NCBI GenBank assembly: GCA_030390025.1
Contig: CM059432.1
Span: 109,060,001 to 109,124,000 of the forward strand
DNA from: Squalus acanthias
Taxonomy: Eukaryota
Direction: 5' to 3'
DNA: 64,000 bases
This document shows positions 1 through 13,300 of the stretch, in pieces (position 1 is the first letter of the stretch; the number at the start of each line of letters is the position of its first letter). The translations under genes and the position numbers were made by a program. The notes under the pieces were generated by a model. It was not told where the DNA came from, searched no databases, and saw nothing but the letters and a program-made list of their open reading frames with translations.

Positions 1-911
1 ATCGGGAACATTCTTCCTGCATCTAGTTTGTCCAGACCTGTCAGAATTTTATAAGTTTCGATGAGATCCCCTCTCATTCTTCTATACTCCAGTGAGTATA
101 AGCCCAATCGACCCAATCTCTCCTCATATGTCATTCCTGCCAACCCAGGTATCAGCCTTGTGAATCTTCGCTGAACTCCTTCCATGGCAAGAACATCCTT
201 CCTCAGATAAGGCGACCAAAACTGCACACAGTACTCAAGGTGTGGTCTCACCAAGGCCCTGTACAACTGCAGCAGGACATCCCTGTTCCTATACTCAAAC
301 CCTTTCGCTATGAAGGCCAACATACCATTTGTCTTCTTCACCACCTGCTGCACCTGCATGCTTACTTTCAGCGACTGGTGCACAAGGACACCCAGGTCTC
401 GTTGCACTTCCCTTCTCCCAATCTATTGCCATTCAGATAATAGTCTGCCTTTCTGTTTTTGACACCAAAGTGGATAACCTCGCACTTATCCACGTTATAT
501 TGCATCTGCCACGCTTCTGCCCACTCACCCAACCTGTCAAGATCATCCTGGAGTTTCTCGCTATCCTCCTCGCTGCACACACTCCCACCCAGCTTTGTGT
601 CATCTGCAAACTTGGAGATATTACATTTAATTCCCTTATCTAGATCATTAATGTATATTGTGAATAGCTGGGGTCCAAGGACCGATCCGTGCAGTACCCC
701 ACTACTCACTGCTTGCCACTCGGAAAAAGACTCATTAATTCCTACTCTCTGCTTTCTGTCCGCCAACCAGTTCTCTATCCAAGTCAATACCTTGCCCCCA
801 ATCCCATGTGCCTTAACTTTACCCGCTAATCTCTTATGCGGGACCTTATCGAAAGCCTTTTGAAAGTCCAAATACACCACATCTACTGGTTCTCCCTTAT
901 CTATTTTCCCA
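1..911 (-). mobile_element. CR1 LINE, 5'-truncated RT fragment (copy 1, cut by window edge)
   Basis: Translates to RT motifs YLDFQKAFDKVPH, GSVLGP, FADDTKL. Near-identical to the ORF2 at 27283-30144 but has a 1-bp deletion near 410. Confidence 0.95.
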
Positions 912-916
912 CAAAT

Positions 917-3900
917 TTCACAGACAGGATTCACATGCGGTTCACAGACTGGATTCACTTACAATTCACAGTCAGGATTCACATACAGTTCAATGACTGG
1001 TATCACATACAATTCACAGTCAGGATTCACATACAGTTCACAGACAGGATTCACTTACAGTTCACAGACAGGATTCACAGACTGTTCACAGACAGAATTC
1101 ACATACAGGATTCACATACAGTTCACAGACAGTATTCAGATACAGTTCACAGACAGGATTCACTTACAGTTCACTTTCAGGATTCACTTACAGTTCACAG
1201 ACGGGTTTCACATACAGTTCACAGACTGGGCTCACATGCAGTTCACAGACAGGATTCACATACAGTATACAGTCAGGGGTCACATACAGTTCACAGACAG
1301 GATTCACCTACAGTTCACAGTCAGGATTCACTTACAGTTCACAGACTGGATTCACTTACAGTTCACAGACAGGATTCACATACAGTTCACAGACTGGATT
1401 CACATACAGTTCACAGACAGGATTCACAGACAGGATTCACATACAGTTGAAAGGCTGGATTCCCACACAGTTCACAGACAGGATTCACTTACAGTTTAAA
1501 GTCAGTATTCACATACAGTTCACAGACAGGATTGACTGACAGTTCACAGACAGGATTCACATACAGTTCACAGACAGGATTCACATACTCTTCACAGACA
1601 GGATTGACTGACAGTTCACAGACAAGATTCACATGCAGTTCACAGACAGGATTGACTGACAGTTCACAGACAGGATGCCCACACAGTTCACAGACAGGAT
1701 TCACTTACAGTTCACAGACAGGATTCACATACAGTTCACAGACAGGATTCACATACTCTTCACAGACAGGATTGACTGACTGTTCACAGACAGGATTCAC
1801 ATACAGTTCACAGACAGGATTCACATACTCTTCACAGACAGGATTGACTGACAGTTTACAGACAGGATGCCCACACAGTTTACAGACAGGCTTCACATAC
1901 AGTTCACAGTCAGGATTCACATACAGTTCACAGACAGGATTCACTTACAGTTCACAGACAGGATTCACAGACAGTTCACAGACAGGATTCACTTACAGTT
2001 CACAGACAGGATTCACAGACAGTTCACAGACAGGATTCACATACAGTTCACGAAGGATTCACTTACAGTTCACAGACAGGATTCAGAGACAGTTCACAGA
2101 CAGGATTCACATACAGTTCACAGACAGGATTCACATACAGTTCACAGACAGGATTCACATACAGTTCACAGACAGGATTCACATACAGTTCACAGACAGG
2201 ATTCACATACAGTTCACATACAGGATTCACATACAGTATACAGTCAGGGGTCACATACAGTTCACAGACAGGATTCACCTACAGTTCACAGTCAGGATTC
2301 ACTTACAGTTCACAGACTGGATTCACTTACAGTTCACAGACAGGATTCACATACAGTTCACAGACTGGATTCACATACAGTTCACAGACAGGATTCACAT
2401 ACAGTTCACAGTCAGGATTCACATACAGTTCACAGACAGTATTAACATACAGTTCACAGTAAGGATTCACATACAGTTCACAGACAGGATTGACTGACAG
2501 TTCACAGACAGGATTCAGAGACAGTTCACAGACAGGATTCACATACAGTTCACAGACAGGATTCACATACAGTTCACAGACAGGATTCACAGACAGTTCA
2601 CAGACAGGATTCACATACAGTTCACAAACAGGATTCACTTACATTTCACAGACAGGATTCAGAGACAGTTCACAGACAGGATTCACATACAGTTCACAGA
2701 CAGGATTCCCATACAGTTCACAGACAGGATTCACATACAGTTCACAGACAGGATTCACATACAGTTCACAGACAGGATTCACATACAGTTCACATACAGG
2801 ATTCACATACAGTATACAGTCAGGGGTCACATACAGTTCACAGACAGGATTCACCTACAGTTCACAGTCAGGATTCACTTACAGTTCACAGACTGGATTC
2901 ACTTACAGTTCACAGACAGGATTCACATACAGTTCACAGACTGGATTCACATACAGTTCACAGACAGGATTCACTTACAGTTCAGACAGGATTCACATAC
3001 AGTTCACAGACAGGATTCACATACAGTTGACAGACAGAATTGACTGACAGTTCACAGACAGGATTCACTTACAGTTCACAGACAGGATTCACATACAGTT
3101 CACAGACAGAATTGACTGACAGTTCACAGACAGGATTCATATGCAGTTCACAGACAGGATTGACTGACAGTTCACAGACAGGATTCCCACACAGTTCACA
3201 GACTGGATTCACTTACAGTTCACAGACAGGATTCACATGCAGTTCACAGACAGGATTCACATCCAGTAAACAGACAGGATTCACTGACAGTTCACAGATA
3301 GGATTCACATACAGTTCACAGACAGGATTCACATACAGTTCACTGACAGGATTCACAGACAGTTCACAGACTGGATTCACATACAGTTCACAGACTACAT
3401 TCAATTAAAGTTCACAGTCAGTATTCACATACAGTTCAAAGATGGATTCACAGACTGTTCACAGACAGGATTCACATACAGTTCAAAGACTTGATTCACC
3501 CACAGTTCACAGACGGGTTTCACATACAGTTCACAGACAGGGCTCACATACAGTTCAGAGACAGGATTCACATACAGTATAAAGTCAGGTGTCACATACA
3601 GTTCACAGACAGAATTCACTACAGTTCACAGTCAGGATTCACTTTCAGTCCACAGACAGGATTCACATACAGTTCACAGACAGGATTCACTTACAGTTCA
3701 CATTCAGGATTCACTTACAGTTCACAGACGGGTTTCACATACAGTTCACAGACAGGGCTCACATACAGTTCACAGACAGAATTCACTACAGTTCACAGTC
3801 AGGATTCACTTACAGTTCACAGACTGGATTCACTTACAGTTCACAGACAGGATTCACATACAGTTCACAGACTGGATTCACATACAGTTCACAGACAGGA

Positions 3901-4219
3901 TTCACATACAGTTCACAGTCAGGATTCACATACAGTTCACAGACAGGATTAACATACAGTTCACAGTAAGGATTCACATACAGTTCACAGACAGTATTCA
4001 CATACAGTTCACAGACAGGGGTCATATATAGTTCACAGACAGGATTCACTGACAGTTCACAGACAGGATTCACATACAATTCAAGACTGGATTCACAGAC
4101 TGTTCACAGACAGGATTCACATACAGTTTTCAGACAGGATTCACATACACTTCACAGACAGGATTCACATACAGGATTCACACACTGTTCACAGACAGGA
4201 TTCACATGCGGTTCACAGA
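917..4219. repeat. 24-bp satellite, consensus AGTTCACAGACAGGATTCACATAC
   Basis: Direct tandem repetition; 8-aa periodic translations (SSQTGFTY / QFTDRIHI / NPVCELYV). Confidence 0.98.
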
Positions 4220-5445
4220 AACATAGAAGATAGGAGCAGGAGTATGCCATTCGGCCCCTCGAGCCTGCTCCGCCATTCGATGAGATCATGGCTGATCATC
4301 TAAACTCAGTACCCTGTACCTGCCTTCTCCCCATATCCCTTGATACCTTTAGCTTTAAGAAATATATCTAACTCATCCTTGAATATATTTAATGACTTCG
4401 CCTCAACTACCTTCTGTGGTAGAGAATTCCACAGGTTCACCACTCTCTGGGTGAAGAAATTCTTCCTCATTTCTGTCCTAAATGGTTTACCCGTTATCCG
4501 TAGATTATGACCCCTGGTTCTGGACTCTCCGACCATCGGGAACATTCTTCCTGCATCTAGTTTGTCCAGACCTGTCAGAATTTTATAAGTTTCGATGAGA
4601 TCCCCTCTCATTCTTCTATACTCCAGTGAGTATAAGCCCAATCGACCCAATCTCTCCTCATATGTCATTCCTGCCAACCCAGGTATCAGCCTTGTGAATC
4701 TTCGCTGAACTCCTTCCATGGCAAGAACATCCTTCCTCAGATAAGGCGACCAAAACTGCACACAGTACTCAAGGTGTGGTCTCACCAAGGCCCTGTACAA
4801 CTGCAGCAGGACATCCCTGTTCCTATACTCAAACCCTTTCGCTATGAAGGCCAACATACCATTTGCCTTCTTCACCGCCTGCTGCACCTGCATGCTTACT
4901 TTCAGCGACTGGTGCACAAGGACACCCAGGTCTCGTTGCACTTCCCTTCTCCCAATCTATTGCCATTCAGATAATAGTCTGCCTTTCTGTTTTTGACACC
5001 AAAGTGGATAACCTCGCACTTATCCACGTTATATTGCATCTGCCACGCTTCTGCCCACTCACCCAACCTGTCAAGATCATCCTGGAGTTTCTCGCTATCC
5101 TCCTCGCTGCACACACTCCCACCCAGCTTTGTGTCATCTGCAAACTTGGAGATATTACATTTAATTCCCTTATCTAGATCATTAATGTATATTGTGAATA
5201 GCTGGGGTCCAAGGACCGATCCGTGCAGTACCCCACTACTCACTGCTTGCCACTCGGAAAAAGACTCATTAATTCCTACTCTCTGCTTTCTGTCCGCCAA
5301 CCAGTTCTCTATCCAAGTCAATACCTTGCCCCCAATCCCATGTGCCTTAACTTTACCCGCTAATCTCTTATGCGGGACCTTATCGAAAGCCTTTTGAAAG
5401 TCCAAATACACCACATCTACTGGTTCTCCCTTATCTATTTTCCCA
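4217..5445 (-). mobile_element. CR1 LINE 3' portion with 3'UTR and tail (copy 2)
   Basis: RT C-terminal region ending GYGEKAGTGY*, CR1 3'UTR, tail read as AGAAACATAGAA on +. Offset exactly 4534 bp from copy 1. Confidence 0.95.
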
Positions 5446-5450
5446 CAAAT

Positions 5451-6527
5451 TTCACAGATAGGATTCACATGCGGTTCACAGACTGGATTCACTTACAATT
5501 CACAGTCAGGATTCACATACAGTTCAATGACTGGATTCACATACAATTCACAGTCAGGATTCACATACAGTTCACAGACAGGATTCACTTACAGTTCACA
5601 GACAGGATTCACAGACTGTTCACAGACAGAATTCACATACAGGATTCACATACAGTTCACAGACAGTATTCAGATACAGTTCACAGACAGGATTCACTTA
5701 CAGTTCACTTTCAGGATTCACTTACAGTTCACAGACGGGTTTCACATACAGTTCACAGACAGGGCTCACATACAGTTCACAGACAGGATTCACATACAGT
5801 ATACAGTCAGGGGTCACATACAGTTCACAGACAGGATTCACTGCTGTTCACAGTCAGGATTCACTTACAGTTCACAGACTGGATTCACTTACAGTTCACA
5901 GACAGGATTCACATACAGTTCACAGACTGGATTCACATACAGTTCACAGACAGGATTCACATACAGTTCACAGTCAGGATTCACATACAGTTCACAGACA
6001 GTATTAACATACAGTTCACAGTAAGGATTCACATACAGTTCAAAGACAGGATTCACATACAGTTCAAAGACTTGATTCACTTACAGTTCTCAGTCAGTAT
6101 TCACATACAGTTCACAGACAGGGGTCATATACAGTTCACAGACAGGATTCACTGACAGTTCACAGACAGGATTCACATACAATTCAAGACTGGATTCACA
6201 GACTGTTCACAGACAGGATTCACATACAGTTCACAGTCAGGATTCACATACAGTTCACAGACAGGATTCACTTACAGTTCACAGACAGGATTCACAGACT
6301 GTTCACAGACAGGATTCACATACAGGATTCACATACAGTTCACAGACAGTATTCAGATACAGTTCACAGACAGGATTCACATGCAGTTCTCAGACAAGTT
6401 TCACAGACTTCACAGACAGGATTCACAGACTGTTCACAGACAGGATTCACATACAGTTCACAGACAGGATTCACATACAGTTCACAGACAGGATTCACAT
6501 ACAGTTCACAGACAGGATTCACATGCA
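5451..6527. repeat. 24-bp satellite, second block
   Basis: Same monomer as 917-4219. Confidence 0.98.
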
Positions 6528-6871
6528 TGTTACATTTTATAATATTTACTCAGATATTTTACTTACGTTTAGCATCAAAGAGAGCTCCCATAAGCGAGCC
6601 CTCACTTCTGATGGAGTGTGACTTTTATTTACAATACCAATCTCTTGCAACGTAGCAATCCTCAGACTTGATGGTACATTACAACTAATCTCTTGATTCC
6701 TTGAACCTCAGAAAGCAGTAGAATAAACACTCCATCACAATAGTATTGGATTACAACCTATTTAGCAGGTTTAGTAAAAGTAATAAATGAGCAGTCGTAG
6801 GGATAACAGAAGATTACAGTATTTTTTTCGGAACTTTTAACTAACACGCCCTCCTCAGATACAAAAATAAG

Positions 6872-7440
6872 TGTTAAACTGAGGCCCTCTCTTCCTATCC
6901 TGGTGGTTCATGCAGATGTTAAAGATCCCATGGCACTCGTTAGAGAAGTGTTGAGAGTATATTCAAGGCTGAGATAGATAGATTTTTGGACTCTGGGGGA
7001 ATCGTAGAGTCATAGAGCCATAGAGTCATAACGCACAAAAGGAGGCCATTCGGCCCATAGAGTCCGTGCCAGCTCTCTTTAGAGCAATCCAGTCAGTCGT
7101 ATTCCCCCGCTCTTTCCCTGTAGCCCTGTAAGTTTATTTCCCTCAAGTGCCTATCCCTTCTCCCCTTGAAAACACTGAGTGTCTCCGCTTCCACCACTTC
7201 CATCGGCAATCAAGGGATATCCGTGTCGGCCGGGAAAGTGGAGTTGAGGTCGAAGATCAGCCATGATCTTATTCAATGGCAGAGCAGGCTCGAAGGGCCG
7301 TATGGCCTACTCCTGCTCCTAATTCTTATGTTCTTATCAGAGTTCTCCCAGTGTTCTGGCCTACATTCCCCTCAACAAACACCATCAAAAACAGATCAAA
7401 TGCTAAATCAGCTCATTGCTGTTTGTGCAATCTTGTTGAT
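6872..7440 (+). mobile_element. Degraded Deu-domain SINE interrupted by nested CR1 3' ends (+ strand 6948-7336, which itself holds a - strand piece at 7005-7208)
   Basis: AAAGATCCCATGGCAC before the interruption and CCCTCAAC...AAAACAGAT after it; CR1 3'UTR GATCAGCCATGATC...TTCTTATGTTCTTA inside. Confidence 0.7.
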
Positions 7441-7632
7441 CCAGAATAGCCCTGTCCTGTGGGTCGCTCTGCCATTGTCTGGCTGGTAGGAGTTCCCATT
7501 GCCAGTATACAGCCCTGCTCCCTTTCCTTGTTTTCATCTCCAGGGAAAAAAGCTATATGGAGGTACCAATAGCCTATCAACTACAACAACTTGTATTTAT
7601 ATAGCGCCTTTAAAGTAGTAAAATGTCCCAAA

Positions 7633-8289
7633 GCAGTTAAGAAGGCATACGGAATGCTTGCCTTTATTAGCCGTGGCATAGAATACAAGAGCAGGGTGGT
7701 TATGCTTCAACTGTATAAAACACTAGTTAGGCCTCAGCTGGAGTACTGCGTGCAGTTCTGGTCACCACATTACAGGAAAGATGTGATTGCACTAGAGAGG
7801 GAACAGAGGAGATTTACAAGGATGTTGCCGGGAGTAGAGAATCTTAGCTATGAGGAAAGACTGGATAGGCTGGGTTTGTTTTCCTTGGAACACAGGAGGC
7901 TGAGGGGAGACCTTATTGAGGTATATAAAATTATGAGGGTCATAGATAAAGTGGATAGAAAGGACCTATTTCCCTTAGCAGAGGGGTCAAAAACCAGGGG
8001 GCGCAGATTTAAAGTAATTGGTGGAAGGTTTAGAGGGGAATTGAGGGAAAATTTCTTCACCCACAGGGTTGTGGGTGTCTGGAACTCACTGCCTGAAAGG
8101 GTGGTAGAGGAAGGAACCCTAACCACATTTAAAAAGTACTTGGATGTGCTCTTGGGATGCTCTAACCTACAGGGCTACGGACCAAGAGCTGGGAAGTGGG
8201 AATAGGCTGGATAGCTCTTTGTTGGCCGGCCCGGACACGATGGGCCGAAATGACCTCCTTCCGTGCTGTAACTTTCTATGATTCTATGA
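7633..8289 (+). mobile_element. CR1 LINE 3' fragment (divergent subfamily) abutting an L2 tail at 7578-7632 (-)
   Basis: LVRPQLEYCVQFWSP...RLRGDLIE motifs; TTCTATGATTCTATGA tail. Confidence 0.9.
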
Positions 8290-8825
8290 TGGTGTCGAGC
8301 TTCTTGAGTGTTGTTGGAGCTGCACTCATCCAGGCAAGTGGAGAGTATTCTATCAAACTCCTTACTTGTGCCTTGTAGATGGTGGAAAGGCTTTGGGGAG
8401 TCAGGAGGTGAGACACTCGCCACAGAATACCTAGCCTCTGACCTGCTCTTGTTGCCACAGTATTTATGTGGCTGGTCCAGTTAAGTTTCTGGTCAATGGT
8501 GACCCCCCAGGATGTTGATGGTGGGGGATTCATCGATGGTAATACCGTTGAATGTCAAGGGGAGGTGGTTAGACTCTCACTTGTTGGAGATAGTCATTGC
8601 CTGGCACTTGTGTGGCGCGAATGTTACCTGCCACTTATCAGCCCAAGCCTTAACGTCGTCCAGGTCTTGGTGCATGCGGGCATGGACTGCTTCATTATCT
8701 GAGGAGTTGTGAATGGCACTGAACACTGTGCAGTCATCAGCGAACATCCGCATTTCTGACCTTATGTTGGAGGGAAAGTCATTGATGAAGCAGCTGAAGA
8801 TGGTTGGGCCTAGGGCACTGCCCTG
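8290..8825 (-). mobile_element. Non-LTR retrotransposon fragment, same family as 50960-52737
   Basis: GVTIDQKLNWTSHINTVATRAGQ peptide shared with the ORF at 51847-52677. Confidence 0.85.
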
Positions 8826-8878
8826 TCGGACAAGCAGTCTGACAATTTAGAGTGTCAGAGTTCTATCAAAACTCTAAA

Positions 8879-9587
8879 GGGGAAAAATTGGGTGTCGCCC
8901 CTTTTGGGGCGCTCATGTCGCTGGGGCGCTAATTTTAGCACCCCGAAAAAATGAGCGCCCCTCCGCCGGAAGGTCAGTTGTAGCGCCCCAAGCAAGAGGT
9001 GGAGCGCTAATGGAAGCGCTCCATCTCCTTCTTGGGGCATTACAACTGAATATCGCGGCGATATGTGCAACAGTGCCACATACGTTGGCACGTAGCGCTG
9101 CGTCATTGCAGGCCTCCTCCCCTGATTAAAGGGGAGGGGCCCAGGGCTGCACACATCGGGTCCCTGCTAGACTACCGGGGAACGGGGTGTCGTGATAACA
9201 GACCGGCACTCAAGAGGAGTAGGTGAGAGGGGGCAGGTGCTGGCAGTCGGCCAAAAAATAATGGCTGCCCGATACCTGCCCCTTTTACTCGCGCTGCCGC
9301 GGCTGCAAAAACACCCCCCTGACCCTGTCGGACATATCGGACGGCGATAGGTCAGGTGGCGCTAGCGAAGTTTGCGGCCGGGGCACGAGCAGGGCGCTGC
9401 GCATGGCAATGACATCATCGGCGGAGGCGCAGCACCACAGGGCGCTACCAGCTATCGCCACCGCTAACCTCCCGCTGAACTTCACTGGAGGCGTTAGCGG
9501 CACCACGCCCGGGCGAATGGGGATTTGCACCCCATTAGCGCCCCTGGGAGCGCCAACGAGAGGCGCAAATCAACCCAATTTTTCCCC
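8879..9587. mobile_element. GC-rich MITE, PIF/Harbinger-like
   Basis: Perfect TIR GGGGAAAAATTGGGT / ACCCAATTTTTCCCC; homologous in reverse orientation to 52755-53426. Confidence 0.85.
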
Positions 9588-10135
9588 TAATTCCTTTCTG
9601 GAAATAGAGTTCTGGTAAAAGGCACTGCCTGTGGGTTTTTAAAAAAGTTTTTAACATACACCATTTAAAAAGTTGCCCAATGGACCTGTTACTGGTGCAG
9701 AGCTGAAGTCATGCAAGACCACTTCTTGGAGATGGTCTTTGCAGATAGTAGCCGGCACCAGCAGTATCCATGACACTTCCAACATCAGTGCTGAAACTCT
9801 CAGCCCTGTGCCACTGCCAAAAGTGCAGAATAATGGCCACCATGTTCTGGTCAAGTCTCCTCCTCTGGTTATTTAGTCCTTTGTGTTCCCAAGATGTTCC
9901 CTTTGAGCTGATTGCTGTCCCATCAGACTAGCATGTGCTAACAAGCTGACAGTTGCCAGGCTAATGGTGTGCATACTTTACAATTAGTCATTAGCCTTGA
10001 TGAGTCCATCAGCTGTGTGTCAAGTTAAATTATTATTTGATGTGCTGCAACAATCACAAGGTACTTCACCAGAAAACGACCCCCAGAAGGCAAGAACCTT
10101 TCAGCACTTGGGACAGATCCCAAGTACAATAACGA

Positions 10136-10879
10136 TGGCCCTGAAATTCGCCTCTCCGGCTTGCCGCGGGGGTAAGGATCACGCGCGCACTTACCTATCG
10201 CGCCTGCTGTTGTGTTTTGGGCCCACGGGAACTTCAGCTCCTGGGTCTGCTCCAAGTGCCGGCGCGCAGTGCTTGCGTGTCCCAGGGGCATAGTTAGTGC
10301 GATGCGTCCCCTGGGATCACGTGAGCCATGGAGAGCCAATGGCAGCAGACCATCTTTCATTCATAGATTTGACAGGAACCTGTCAAATTTGTGAATTGAA
10401 ATCGGCCCCAAAAGAACAGCTAAACTTAAAATATATATTTTTTTAAACCCATCACATTTATAAAATAACTATAGTTAAATAAATTAACCACTTTAAACAA
10501 AAATTTTAATTTTTGAAAAAATTAAAATACTTTTTAACAGTGCTAAAAATAAACTTACCTTTCTTTAAAGTATCTAAAAAAGATAAAGTTGTTGAAAAAT
10601 TTTTTAAATTAGACTTAATTAACCACTTACCTTGTTGAAAACGGCTCCTGCGCCTCCTTTTTAAAATTGTAGTTTCTTCACTACTTACCCTCCCGTAGAA
10701 ACCTGAAAAAAAACCTAAGTTTGCTGCGTGCGCGCAGCCTCTACCGCGCACGCGGTTCACCTATGAACCGCCCCCTTCACCAGACCGGAAGTTCTGGTTT
10801 CCCGCGCATGCGCAGTGCATGCAGGAAACCGGCACTTCGGGACGCCTTACGGGTGAGTACACAGTGAAATTTTGGCCCA
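10136..10879. mobile_element. MITE, same family as 19737-20487
   Basis: Imperfect TIR TGGCCCTGAAATT / AATTTTGGCCCA; colinear similarity along its length with 19737-20487. Confidence 0.85.
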
Positions 10880-11023
10880 TTGTGTAAGCCTGTTCATTTC
10901 TGTTATTTGTCTGAGCAGTGCACAGTCACAGTCGTGTCACATAGTGGCTTGCAGTGGCAATAAGTCAACTTTGCATTTTTGGAGAAGTTGTGAACTGCCA
11001 GTGCAACGCTCAAGTAGTTTATA

Positions 11024-12197
11024 ACCCGCATAAGAGATTAACGTGTAAAGTTAAGGCACATGGGATTGGGGGCAAGGTATTGACTTGGATAGAGAACTGG
11101 TTGGCAGACAGAAAGCAAAGAGTTGGAATAAACGGGTCTTTTTCTGAGTGGCAGGCAGTGACTAGTGGGGTACCGCAGGGATCGGTCCTTGGACCCCAGC
11201 TATTCACAAGATACATTAATGATCTAGACAAGGGAACTAGATGTAATATCTCCAAGTTTGCAGATGACACAAAGCTGGGTGGGCGTGTGTGCTGTGAGGA
11301 GGATGCCGAGAAACTCCAGGATGATTTGGACAGGTTGGGTGATTGGGCAGAAGCCTGGCAGATGCAATATAACGTGGATAAATGCGAGGTTATCCACTTT
11401 GGTGTCAAAAACAGGAAGGCAGATTATTATCTGAATGGCAATAGATTGGGAGAAGGGGAAGTGCAACGAGACCTGGGTGTCCTTGTGCACCAGTCGCTGA
11501 AGGTAAGCATGCAGGTGCAGCAGGCGGTTAAGAAGGCAAATGGTATGTTGGCCTTCGTAGCGAGAGTGTTTGAGTACAGGAACAAGGATGTCTTGCTGCA
11601 GTTGTACAGGGCCTTGGTGAGACCACATCTTGAGTATTGTGTGCAGTTTTGGTCGCCTTATCTGAGGAAGGAGGTTCTTGCCATGGAAGGAGTTCAGTGA
11701 AGATTCACCAGGCTGATACCTGGGATGGCAGGAATGACGTATGAGGAGAGATTGGGTCGATTGGGCTTATACTCGCTGGAATTTAGAAGAATGAGAGGGG
11801 ATCTCATTGATACTTATAAAATTCTGAAAGGACTGGACAGACTAGATGCAGGAAGGATGTTCCCGATGGTCGGGGAGTCCAGAACCAGGGGTCACAGTCT
11901 AAGGATAAGGGGTAAGCCATTTAGGACAGAAATGAGGAGGAATTTCTTCACCCAGAGAGTGGTGAACCTGTGGAATTCTCTACCACAGAAGGCAGTAGAG
12001 GCCAATTCGTTAAATATATTCAAGAAGGAGTTGGATATATTTCTTTAGGCTAAAGGGATCAAGGGATATGTGGAGAAAGCAGGGACAGGGTTCTGAATTT
12101 GGATGATCAGCCATGATCGCATTGAATGGCGGACCAGGCTAGAGGGGCCGAATGGCCTACTCCTGCTCCTATCATTCTATGTTTCTATGTTTCTATG
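11024..12197 (+). mobile_element. CR1 LINE 3' half with nonsense mutations
   Basis: [10 protein letters not shown] and FADD motifs; stop codons at 11698 and 12046; TTCTATG tail. Confidence 0.95.
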
Positions 12198-12264
12198 ACC
12201 TTACGCAGTACTGAAAGAGTGAATTTCTGTCTTATACTCACTGCTAGATATTTGTTATTCTCCA

Positions 12265-12510
12265 GAACGGGGGAGTTATCCCCGGTGCCCTGGCCAATAT
12301 TTATCCCTCAACCAACATAACAAAAACAGATTATCCAGTCATTATCACATTGCTGTTTGTGGGACATTGCTGTGCGCAAATTGGCTGCCGCGTTTCCCAC
12401 ATTACGACAGTGACTCCACTTCAAATAGTACTTCATTGGCTGTAAAGCGCTTTGAGACGTCCGGCGGTAGTGAAAGGCGCTATAGAAATGTAAGTCTTTC
12501 TTTCTTCTTT
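12265..12510 (+). mobile_element. Deu-domain SINE, 3' part
   Basis: CCTGGCCAATATTTATCCCTCAACCAACAT...CATTGCTGTTTGTGGG...AATTGGCTGCCGCGTTTCC core; L2-like tail GCGCTATAGAAATG. Confidence 0.8.
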
Positions 12511-12844
12511 CTACAATGTGTAGTCTATGTTGTTTTTATAAAAGAGTGTTCATTTGTTACTCTGTTTTGTATTATGCTTTGAACACACTAAACACAGCAG
12601 AGGCAACATGATGTCAATTATAGGATAATAAATATGGTGATGATGCTAGACATGAAGGGTTCTGGCACTGTGCAACTGGTACTATAGTTGATCTATTTCC
12701 CAACAGCAGAATGCAAGCAAATAGACTGTGCACTAAATATTCCAACAGTTTAAGGCAGTAATGTTATGAACATACTTCACTGAAGATATCATGTGGTGCT
12801 GTACCCATCAGCTACCTGAACTTTGTGTTGTGGTTCACTACGTC

Positions 12845-13300
12845 AGACTAGCTCACTTGGTGGCACTCAGAGGCAGAAGGTTGTGGGTTCAAGATCCATA
12901 CTAGGATTTGAGTATCCAATTTACACTTGGACTTCAGTGCAGTTCTGAAGGTGCCGTCTTTTGGATGAGGGGGTTAAACATTTTCCCCGTTTGAACTGAA
13001 TTTTTTTAATTTGCGCTGCACTTCATCAGATGGAATACAATGCTCACAGTTGTGTTTGTTGGACATCAAAAAATCCTGGGACAATATTCAGAGAAGAGCA
13101 GGGAGTTCTCCCGGTCAATGTTTATCCTTCAACCAATGCCACCAAAAAACAGATTAACTGGTCATTCAAATCCCTTTGCTCTTTGGGGGATCTTGCTGTT
13201 CAGCTACATAGACACATTGACGACAGTTCAAAAGTAATTTAATGGCTGTGAAGCACTTTGAAGACCTGATAAGGCACCATATAGATGTAATTTCTATTGT
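12845..13300 (+). mobile_element. tRNA-headed Deu-domain SINE, degraded
   Basis: B-box-like GGTTCAAGATCC, Deu core, L2-like tail. Confidence 0.75.

Noticed and set aside
836..6155. Long repetitive ORFs (SSQTGFTY, QFTDRIHI, NPVCELYV repeats) as real proteins
   Set aside because: A stop-poor 24-bp unit opens several frames on both strands; frequent frame-breaking indels and no gene structure.
917..6527. CRISPR-like array
   Set aside because: Contiguous monomers with no unique spacers; vertebrate context.
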